Shown here piece by piece: positions 48,301-60,300 of a DNA stretch of 64,000 bases. Numbering within the stretch: the first letter of the stretch is position 1; the number at the start of each line of letters is the position of its first letter. The DNA is from Callorhinchus milii (taxonomy: Eukaryota): the NCBI RefSeq assembly GCF_018977255.1, contig NW_024704742.1:32738001-32802000 (forward strand), in the 5' to 3' direction. The notes below the pieces were generated by a model, which saw only the letters and a list, made by a program, of their open reading frames with translations, ran no database searches and had not been told where the DNA came from. The position numbers and the translations under genes were made by a program.

Positions 48301-51300
48301 CATCCCCGAGAGAGAGCACGTAAATAAGAAAAAGGAGGGGGCTGAACATAGCGGATTGGGGTACACTGTAGATGACTGCAGAAGAAACTGTTGGAGGAGA
48401 AAAAATGATTGTGGTGGGTCAAGTAGGTCTTGATCCAGGAGAGTCCAGTCCATTGAGAGGAATGAGGGAGGAGAGGCAGTGGAGGAGTTTGACATGTGTT
48501 GATGCCGACTATGTTGATGGCAGCAGAGGAGCCCAGGAGGACAAGGAGGCAGAAGAAGCCTTAGTCGCAGAGAGAGAACATCATTTGTAAGTTTGACGAG
48601 GGCTGTCTCAGTGCTGGTAGCAGGATGGAAACCGGACTGGAGGGATTTGAGCAGGGAGTTAGAAAAGAGTGAGTGAAGTTGGGTACCAACAGTGCAATCC
48701 ACAACTTCAGAAAGGCAGGGCAAGTTGGGGGTGGGCCTATAGTTGGCAAGGGATGAAGGATGTTTTTTTTAGAGGGACGGGTGATATCAGCATTTATGAG
48801 GGGGAGAGGGATGGTGCCAGAAGAGGGAGACAGGTTGACTGTGGCCGCCAGCAGGGGGCAGAGGAGGGATACTTGGATGGTCCCATTGAGGAACACATTG
48901 GCAGTAATGGAGACTATTCCAGAACTCACAAAACCAATATATCGATACCAAATTTGAAAAGCAGCCATGAAATTCTTCACCTATTTTGTTTTGATTTCGG
49001 GGGCAGCCCTCAAAGTGTTAACTGAAGCTGAGGCATCTTCTGAAACTGCTTCACCAACCACATACTCCAAGTGACTGATGTGCAGGACAGCTGCTCTGCT
49101 CTTACACAAGCTGCTTGAAGTGGTTTGTCCCATTATTAGAGCAAGCGACAGAATTCTTTTTCCCGTGAAGTATTTTCATATTGACACCTAATAATAATTC
49201 TTGTATTTGATATAGTGCCTTATCACATCTTCGAGACGTCTCAAAGCGCTTCACAGAATATACTGTAAAGTGAACTGACTATATTTTGTGGGCAAAATGT
49301 AGCAGCCAATTGTGCACAGCAGTGTCCTACAAACAGTCGTGGATTGAGAGACCAAATTATTATTAATTTTTAAAAAAATTTGAAGGAATTACTATCCCCG
49401 GAAAAGCGATCTGTCAATCGACTAACAACCGGGCACCTACTTACTGCCAGGTAAACAGAGGCGTATGGAGTAAGGAAACTTGCCCAACACTTTGCCCTGG
49501 CCAGGAATCGAACGCAGATCCTCTCACTTGAGAGGCAAATGCTCTCACCACTAAGCTACAGGACTCCATGCATAATATTATTCATTTATTGAAATACTGA
49601 GTGCCTTTTAATCATGAAAGAACTGGTTTCCTTACTGCATATTAGAATAAAGCCTCCACTGCACTGACCTTATTGTGGTTGACAAAGCCTTTCTTTGCCA
49701 CTTTGCAGCTGTTCAGCAATTTCTCTTTAGTCACGTGGTTTTCTTGGGCCTTGTAGTTAACTTTGCACTCACCAGAGACATCGACCTGGAGATCGGGGGA
49801 GAAAAATAGCATATAAGAGAAGATGAGACAGAGAGCGTGAGAGAAACTTTCAAGTTAGAAAGGAGAATGGGGAATTCTTTACAAAGAACTAAGGAAAACT
49901 CGGTTTGAAAACTAAGATTGAATTTAAGAATTTTACGAAATTCTGCACAATTTTAAATTTTAAGACAATGGTCTTAAGTCTAAGACTGAGAAATCTCATA
50001 TCCTTTAGACTCAATCAGTTGAGTATTACTTGGTTCTCAAAGGTACAGGTTGCACTTTGCAATAAGGAATTAGCCGAGTAACTCTGTGGTGCATGGGTCA
50101 GTGGCCTATTTCTCCTGCAGTCACTAGGATCACTGTTCTCCTGCTGTATTTAAATCATAGAATCTTACAGTACAGAATGAGGCCCATCATGCTTGTGCTG
50201 GCTCTTTGAAAGAGTTATCCATTAGTTCCACTCCCCCGATCATTCCCCGTAGCCTTGCAAAGTTTTTTCCTTTTCAAGTATATGTCCAATTCCCTTTTCA
50301 AAGTTATCACTGCATCTCTTCCACCCCCCTTTCACACAGTGCATTCCACATTCTAACAACCTGCTGCCTAAAAAAAGGTTGTTTTGCCAACACAAAATGA
50401 GTTGACCCAGACTTGCCTTCGCCTTTTCATTCAGTGAAATCAAACACTTGTTACAAATATAATTATTACTATGTGTGATGAATAACAATAGTCATGATAA
50501 TGCACAGAACTCAACATGAAATCAAAACAGATGTGTTCTGATGGAAGGTCACTCAAGTGGACGTTATTCCCTCTCAGATGCTGATCGACCCACTGTGCAT
50601 ATCATGCATTTTTTCTGTCTATTGCAGTGATTTCCCTGTTTATCTTTATTAAGGACATTATTACCTCTCTCACGCTTCCAGACTTGACCTGCAGTTGGAA
50701 GAGACTGGCAAGGCCTCTCTTTATGTTCTGAATCACCAGAGGCTCATTCGAATAGGTGTAGAAAGACTCCACCTGAGGAAAGAATAACAGGTCACAACCT
50801 TGCCTGACTCCACTGACTCTCCGTCCCTCAAAGGATCGAATTCAAGATCCTCATCCTCACTTTCAAGGCTATCCATGGCTTTGCCCCTCCTATCTCTCTG
50901 ACCTGCTGACTCCCCACCAACCTGCCCGCTCCCTCCATTCAGCGGGCTCCGGTCTGCTCCATGTCTCCCGCCCGACAAGCCCTACCATCGGTGGCCAGGC
51001 TTTCAGCCTCTCTGCCCCCACACTCTGGAACTCCATCCCACGGTCTCTTCGCCTCGCTTCCTCCCTTGCCTCCTTCAAGGCCGGTCTCAAGACCCTCCTC
51101 TTCGATCGTGCCTTTGGTCGCCCTCCCACCTCTCTGACTTCCCTCACCCCTACCCCACCCCTCCCCCATGCTCAGGTCCTGAGCCCTGACTGTCCAGCAC
51201 CTTGGGATGTCCTCCTATCATGAAAGACACTCTATAAATGTAATTTTGTTGTTGTTGTTCTTTGTGCTACTGTCAGATTTCAAAAACAACAACTTCCATT

Positions 51301-54300
51301 TATATAGTGCCCCTCACACAGGATAGAGTGCCAGAGTGCTTGACAGTGGCAGAGCATGGTGACGAGCACTCTTAATTCTCACATGTCAGCTTTGGCAGCA
51401 GACGTCAACAGACTGTTTGACTGTGGAGGTGATGCCCAATCTGGTTGTCAATCAAAATCAATATGAATGCCCACCCAACAGGGGTCACTGGACAGTGATG
51501 AAGAGTGGAGACCCTAAATGAATTGCAGCTCCCTAACTCAGAAGTGCTCAGATCATTTGTAATATTAAGAATAATCTTCCTTGCATCTGATACAGTGCCT
51601 TATCACATTGTTGAGATGTCCCAAAGGGCTTCATAGAATATATTGTAAAGTGAATTGACTGTGTATTTTGTGGGCATATATTTGTAGTGTCCCTGACTGC
51701 AGTTCTACAGTACCTAATTCAGAAGAAACAGAGTAAATCAAACTTGGGATCTTCCCAGTTGACCTGTATGGTTCATCTATTCACCAAGTAACTCACTGAG
51801 CCATTGCGAGAGGTGCAAGGATATACGTTAATTATAAGCTGACAAAATATCCAAGTGAATATAAACCCACACATTTAGCTTTGATTTATTTATTATGCCC
51901 TATCAGTATTTCTATTTCTTACTGACTTTGAACTTTAAACCATGCTGAGACACAGAACGTTTCCTGTCACCCTGCAAAGGAATGTGTGCAGTCAACATTT
52001 ATTATTCAGTCAGGCATAGCGACACTTGATAGGGGTGAATAAAGTGGACCCTCCATCAGAGAAAGGGCAATGGTGACTTAATATTCTTCAATGCCATTTA
52101 GAGACCTGTGCAATTATATTCCAGTTATAATGCAGAATTTTGCAGGTGTTGATTAGCATACAATTGGGGTGGCTTTTTAGCCGGGGACATCTATGGGTGC
52201 AACAATACTACATTTTATGTATAACCGTGAAACAAGTTAAACATTTTGGGTTCATTCTCAAAAAATGTGTTCCTTTCTCCAAATCTACCAAAAGTGACTT
52301 GGAGGAGGCACTGAACTCAGCCCAACATTTATATTTACAGTTGAAGTCCCTGGGTTACTGGCTATCTCTTCAGAAGGATTCAGTGGTTTCATGCATTTCG
52401 TCCTGTGAGTAAGATGCATGATCCTTTCACATGGTCAAAGGGGAGAGGAGGAGCTCTTCACAAAATTACTGTTCAAATGCTGAGTCCAACAAGCAGCTTG
52501 AAGTACACTAATAATGGGTAGTTAAGAGGCACTGCTAAATGTGCTGATATCTCCTTTTGGGAATATGTGAAAGGTAGTAAAACATAATTCAGATCTTCTC
52601 GCCCTTAACGTTTAACAACTGAACCCTGAACTCTATGCACCACTCGCATTATTGCATTCTTGAGCAGCAATCTACCAAACTCTGTGTTATCTACAGCAAT
52701 GAAGTTACCTAAACTACATGTGTCACATTTCCATTGGCTTGTTCTTGACCTCTAACTGTTCAATCAGATTATTTAAATCATACGCACGGGTTACAGAGTA
52801 TCGGGTAACTGAGCAATAGTAAACAAGTTTACTTCTGAACTAGTATTTTTTACACATCGTTGCAATAGCTGCTGACACATTAATGTGAGTGAGGTATAGG
52901 GGAACAATGAGTCTGATCTGATTTGGGATTCTGGTGATCACATAGAGTAAATACTAGCATTGGAGTGGTTGTAGGGAAAAGTAACAATACTTATATTAAG
53001 CGTAAAGAGAACAACAACAAAATTACATTTATAGAGTGCTGAAATCCGGCCACCGATGGTGGGGTGGGTCGGGCGGGAGACACGGAGCAGGCCTGCTGAA
53101 CAGAGGGAGCGGGCAGGTTGGTAGGGTGTCAGCAGGTCAGAGAGGTAGGAGGGGGCAAGGCCATGGGTGGCCTTGAAAGTGAGGACGAGGATCTTGAATT
53201 CGATCCTCTGAAGGATGGGGAGCCAGTGAGTCAGGCGAGGGTAGGTTGAGGGAGAAGACTTTAGAGGAGGTTAAGGTTAAACTTTACAATCTGGGAAGAA
53301 GAGAGCTCATCATTCAGATGTATAAAATATTAAATTGCATAGGCAGTCTCAGCATACTGTTTCAAATTAAACTGGAGAACTGAAATTTAAAATATTTACA
53401 GCTAGGCAATCAGAATAGTTTACTAAAGGGGCTTCAGTTCTGCAGATACCAACAGCCCTCCACGAACTCACACGATCCACTATTTTTATGTGTTATCGAG
53501 ACAGTGAGCATCAGCACGGCTGCTTAATCACACCATAAATGAGCCCGATGTTGCCTCACCCAGTGACTACATATGCCCAGGTAAGGACAAGGACAGTGAT
53601 CAGATGGTGGAAACCTGGCTGAGCTTTTCCCTTCCTGAAAATACAGCTTTATACTCTTTACAATACAAGACACAATACAATACACATTTACATATATCCA
53701 ATTTACAAGGAAGGCACAATACAATATGCATTTACATATATCCAATTTACAAGGAAGGCCTTGAGATGGACCAAGCAAATATTAGGATCTATATCTTTAT
53801 AAACACATACTTGGGGATTAAAACATGGCAATTTCTAATTGGATTCCTTGATAAAAACCCAAGTTGCAAATGGTGATTCTCTCTGGTGACCAGAAGTATG
53901 TCATGCCGGCCTGTGGAAACTCAATTTCAAAACAATTCACTCAATGCAACACTTGTAGCCTTGACACTCCAATGCAGTGGTGGGGGTGTGTTGCATTGTC
54001 AGAGGTGCCACCCTTCGGATGAGACGTTAAACCGAGGTCCCTGTTCAGGTGGACGTTAAAGATCCGATGGTACTATTCAAAAAGAGATGAGAGTTTCTCG
54101 TGGCCAACAATCTCCCAAATAAAATGGATCATTCACTCCATGGCTGTTTGTGAGACACTGCTGTGCACAACTGGTTGTGCACTTCACTCACAAAATACAC
54201 AGTCAATACATTTTACAGTATATCCTGTGAAGAGCTTTGAGACTTCATGATGACATGAAAGGCATTATGTCAAGTGCAAGAATTATTATTAATATGGTTT

Positions 54301-57300
54301 CCTAATGGTTTGTTGCGACATTCTCTAGGTCATCAGAAGCTATTTCCGTTTGTGATTTGGTATCGTCATTAAGAATCCCTTTAGAAAGAGCTGCATTTTA
54401 TAATCTATCAATCTTTATATGTATATATCTATCTTCTGCAGACCTTTCTTTTCGACCGCGCCATTTGGTCACCTTCCTCCCCCTCCCCTTGGCTCGGCCC
54501 CGGGATTCTTTACTGTGAAGCACTCTGAGACGCCATCTGGCATGGAGGGCGCTATATAAATCCAAATTGTTGTTGTTGTTATCAAAGATTCTGTAAAAGT
54601 ATTTGGTGTCAAAACCACCACATAACACTTTGCAACATCTTGACATGGCAGGAGACTGTCTTACCTTCCCATTGATCCAGTGGATAAGTACTGGACTCTG
54701 CAAGGTTGACAGGTAATTCTTGCCCAAGATCCCCTCACCAGATGTATCTTTAAAGATGTTTTCATCATCAGAACGATTGGCCACAGTTTCAAATTTGACA
54801 TCGGATATCTGGAAAATGACATATAACGTTATATATATAAAGTTACATAAAAATCACTGCAATAACTTCCGACAAAAACAATTACCTTGAAGTAATTGTT
54901 TTACGACATCGTTGGGTTAAGGCTTCACTGTACTCCGAGATTGAGGAAATAGAAACACGTGTCCATCAATATCCTGAGTTCTAAAATAACACTCCCAATG
55001 TAAAGGTATAACAAATAGACTGCTATTTTTAGTGATCAGCATGATAGACCCCATCAATTTTCTTTATAAATTGGAATCCTAGCTTGGATACTTTTTTTGG
55101 ACTGACATTAAGATGCCAGTGGTTTCTATGGAATTGTGCAGAAACAATATCCATTCAAACAAACACAATCAATAAATAAAAAGTGAACAGGATTTGTATT
55201 GTATTTAACAGACCAGCTCTCAAATGCTTGAGCTCCCATGACTTGCATGAGTTTCAAATTTCCATGCAAATGTTTATAATATTAAAGAGTAAAGTGAAAT
55301 AGCTGTGGGTCTAATTTGCATTAATCGCAAAATGGACTTGAAGAGTTTTTGCGTTTTCTATTTGCAAATATTTAAAGCTGCTCAATTTGTGATAGTTGCA
55401 AAATTAGTAGCTGCGGTTTTTGAAAGCTAGCAAAGTGTAAAGCAAAGGTAACAGAGCAAAACACCAAACCATTGACCACTACCCCAGCTCAGATCAGCTA
55501 ACTTGGGGTGAAACCTAGAACCTTATGGTTGTGAGTGGATCAAATACCACATATTGTAGTGCGTTTAATATCCATTCAGGTGTTAAAGCATCCTTCTGGA
55601 GTGCCTTGACTTGCTGTGTGTAAGTGTAAGCTTGAGCTTGGGAAGGGGAATGGACATTCCAGGTGTCAATTTGAAACCAATTGAACCTACCCCACTCTGC
55701 TCATCTGAGAGCTACTGTCCCATCACAACATTAAAAGGATTTGGCTCTGGGTAATACCACAGGTTTCAGCCTTGTTATCTCTCAAAGCAAGGAAACCATT
55801 TGGCTGTGGTGGGTGTTCTTTCCACATTGCTCAAGCGAGCTTCGTAATGGATAACCCATGTAGCTATTTGAGAAACGCTTGTTAATTGGAGCTTCATGAC
55901 TGAGGGAAGACAGTGAGGAGTGAGGAAGCGCAAAACATTGGAAGAAGAGAGAACAAAATGCAGAAAATCATCTGAGATAAGCTATCGTTCTCCTCCCTTC
56001 CCCCCAAACACAATTAAAATGGTTAGTATTAAAAGACCTACCGCAACCCTAATAAGATGGTCTTTATCATTGCTAGGGTTTGTCCATAGGATATCAAGGT
56101 TCACGTTGGATATAATCCTATATCCTGTGCTCTCTTCAACAATTCTGCCCCCTCTGTCCAGCAGCACCTCCATTGTATAAGTGTACTTGTATGTCTTCTC
56201 ATTGTTGAACCTCAGTTCAGGCTGTTTTGCTCCTTTGAAGAGAATAATCAGATAAGAATCAGATAGATATAACAATTATAAATGGGCTGATTTACAAGCA
56301 CCATCTTTCTGAGTTAACATGCCTTTGTTGAACACACACACAGGCTATCAGAAACAATTCGGTACCAGACTCAGACACTCATATCTATAATCTAGACTTG
56401 TCAGAAAGCCCAGGGTAAATTTGCTTTGCTAAGCTACTCTGACATTGGTCACTAGACATGTCAAGTTACCCTTTGCGAAGTAAAGAGAAAACACCAGCGA
56501 TGGTAGGAGATTCAGAGAATTAAAAGGAAACAACCTAAATAATAATAGTCTTTACATTTGGTATAGTTCCTTTCATGTTAAAGGATGTCCCAAAGGCTTC
56601 ACAGGATATATTATAAAATGCAGTGATTGTGTGTTCTGTGAGTGAACAGGCCGCCAAGTTGTGCATAGCAATGTCCCACAACAATGAAGTTAATGATCAA
56701 TTTAATTTGGGGGAATGTTGGCCAGGACACCAGGAGAAACTCTTCTTTTTTCGAATAGTTACATGGAAGTGTTACTAACTGAGCCAGGCTGATACAGGAA
56801 AGTGGGGCTGAAGCTTATCAGAGAAGAATTGATATGGAAACCTGTGGAAGTTTCACGGCCTGGTAGTAGCATATGAGAAGAATTAAAACAGTGGAGAAAA
56901 TGGATATTAAAATGAGGGACAAAAATAATTCATTAAAGTGGGTTTCACTCAGATTCCTTTCTCTGCATTATTGTATTTTAACATTTATTTCACTGTAGTC
57001 TTCAGGGTTCACAATTGTTACCCCAGGTGAGCTCTGGCTGCTTGTAGACAGATTCTCAGACTTTGTTTGTGGCAGATGAGATTTTATGGTTTCATGTACA
57101 CATTGGTGTAAGGAAAATTCAGAACTGACCCATTAACTCCAGATGTGCCAATAAAATCATTGACCACCTCATTATAGAAGAATACCAGCTACTTATAAGC
57201 AGCTAGAATAACTGAATAGATAGATGCACCTTGTGATATGGTACAGAGTGATTCTGTTATAACGCAGTGTCTTGGCTCCGTAAGATTTACACTGGCATTA

Positions 57301-60300
57301 TAATGGGGCTGGTCATCTGGTGACTGCTGACGTCACCTCTGCTTGACTTTCAAGCAATGCACACAGCACTAGAGATGCTCATGAGAGCAGCAAGTCTACC
57401 CAGGAAGCCAGTAAATCGGCATTAGAAACCACAAGTTGTACCACATTTCTGGTAACTGTGAGTTCTCAGGAATCCTGTATTAAAAGCAGTCTCTCTCTCT
57501 CGCAAGACAGCTTATAATGGGGCCCGTGTATGATTCCTCCCATTTCTCCCAATCAGCATCACACCAATTGACTAAGATGATGACTGTTCACAAGATCACA
57601 AGAAAGATTCGGATGAAGAGAGTATTTCAGCCCATTTGATTTCATCCTTCCACAATACCCACCCTCTTGTCTTCCCGTAAAGGATCAAGTTGTTTTTTAA
57701 ACGTCTTAGCTTCAACCACCCATCCTGGTAACTGGTTCCACTCATTGATTATCCTTTGGGTAAAGAAAAACTTCCTGCTGTCTGTCTTGGAATTGCCCTT
57801 TGAAAGTCCAAACCTGTGTCTTCTTGTTCTCAAACGATCACAAGATTGGTTTGGATAAAGAAATTCTTTTGGCTGTTCCAATCTCTTTCTTTCTGAACAC
57901 CCACCCTATTGTACTGCCATCACAGCATCAAGTTGCTTTTTAAATAAGTTCAGTGTCCTAGCCTCAACCATCCTTCCTGGTAACCTGTTCCAGTCATTGA
58001 TTACCCTCTGTAAAGAAAAAAGTCCTAGTGTCTGTCTTGAAATTGCCCTTTACAACTCTAACCATATGTCCTCTTGCTCTAATGGTTATAGTTTTTCAAT
58101 TCCATTTTGAATACAAGAAACTACTTTCAATCCCATAGCTCATTCCTCTAACATTGGGGATCATTCTCAACACAGATACTTTTTTAGTGCATCCTAAAGT
58201 ATTGATTTCATGCAGAGAGAGCCAAGATAACAGCAGCTATTCGCATTAACAACATTCTTCCATTTCATGTAGCAGCCTAAAGGTGAAACGGTGCTTACCT
58301 TCCCTTACTGGTTGAAGCTTAAACTAAAGAAGACAACAATGATACTGCTAAGAGCCGCCACTTTTTTGGAGAAAAGAATGATTTGTGTAGGATGTGTTAG
58401 TTCATAAACATATTTTCGACCACAAAATATACGTTACAATATATTGTGTGAAGTGCTTTGAGATATCTCAACAATGTGATAAGGTGCTATATGAAATAGA
58501 TTATTGTTAAAAACTANTTTTTTAAATATTTTAATTACACATCTAGTTATGCTCAATTTGACCTTTAAATTGCAGCAGATTCAGCAGAAGCCCAACATCA
58601 GATAACCTGCCTCAAGAACGTACAAGTGGCCTTTTGCAGAGAGACATTTGTAGAGATCTGGGACGAAGTTCCCGGGCAACCGAAGAACAGTGCATGGCAC
58701 GTGGGGACCAGAGGGGAGGAAAAGGGAACAGGAATATGATACAGAACATATACCTGGACCTCAGAGCATTTTACCAGCACAGACTAATTGGGCCTAATGG
58801 CCTGTTTCTATACTGTATCATTCTATGGAAATCTACTCGACATTATCAATTGGAAAAGATAAGTTAGGGAATCGAGCAGATGAATCTGCTGCATGCAATT
58901 AAGTGGAATGGCCTTTTGGCCAATTGTACAATTGGGAAGGACACGTTGCATTCCTTTCTCTGTACATACTCTTCTGTAGCACTAGTAGATGCCTTGGTCA
59001 GCAACTTAGTGATGTTGTCCTTTGTGGAACACATGAGCAAGAAGTCATCTCATATATCTATGCATTTCTTTGCATGTGATTGTATTAAAAGACTCAATGA
59101 ATACAATGAAACAATTCACCCCCATTCATCATCTAACTATTAAAACATAATCTAATTACTCCGCTTGGAGGTTGGTACATAGGTCACACCTTCATGAAGG
59201 TTTTATGACTTTTAAACCTCCGGGCACATATTGATGCACCAGTGCAATGTTGAGGGTTTACCAGCTACCACCATAATAGTCATTCAAATTATTGGCTGTT
59301 AGAATCAATAATTCAGGTCTCACCGTACGCAAGATAGGCTTTCAAACTAAAAAATCATTCACATATTTTACAAAATCCGCAAACCAGTGATCTTGCTGCC
59401 CCAAATTGATCTTATAATGAATACAGCACCCAAATCACCACTGTAATAAAGACCCCATTCAAATCAAATAGGCAAAGAGAAACAATCTTTACATTCAAGT
59501 GGCCTTGGTTGGAGCCACAGCAGTACTTTTAGATGATTTTGAACCTTCTTGATTGCTTTCAGACAGATTTAAATCCATTTCATATTTTGCAATAAAATAT
59601 CCTCCAACATCTCCCAAAACTATCACTGTAATCATATACTTGATTTGAATATCTTATAGGATAGACTCAAACTAGCAATACTGAGAACAACAGCATTATT
59701 TAGAATGAGGGTTCACGAAAGTATACAAAATACAGTGGAAAGGGATACAATAAAACAATTTACTATATTCAGTTTCGGTTTGAATAGATTATTCTGTGGA
59801 TACAGAATGCTGTAATTACTATCCCCCTCCTTCGTTACAGTTCACGACGTCCCACACAAATCATTGTCTCTTCCCCCTCCCACCACACCGTCCCCCCACA
59901 CAACATCCCCCCACCCATACAACCCCCACCCCCCACACATACACACACAGACCTAAAAAAAAGTTATTTCAGTATTATCAACGTTCTCTTCTTCAGTTTA
60001 AGCTCCAGTGCAGTTAAATTGACAGTCTTAAAATAGAGTGAATGAAAGAGGAATAAAAGAATGAGAAAATACCATATTTACACTTAGATCAGTCTATGGT
60101 TAGGACTATTCATAGGTCATTTTGTCTCTCTCGCCCCCATCACCAAATTCTTGCCTCTCTTCTCGGCTCTCATACATTTGACAGGAAACAAATAGACAGT
60201 GAAATGTCATGTACAGGAGGACTGGGAAAACAAATGGGGTTAAGCAAATAAAGTAATACAGGAATGAATCAGTGTTGTGCTACTTTTCTCTTAAATAATT

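Noticed and set aside
50520..50620. Second hammerhead motif
   Set aside because: Related to the 22.7 kb element but the core is broken (CTGATGG, no GAAA); treated as a dead copy.
53676..53760. ~40-bp tandem duplication (similar short duplications near 36767-36851 and 62279-62316)
   Set aside because: Ordinary local slippage duplications with no further structure.
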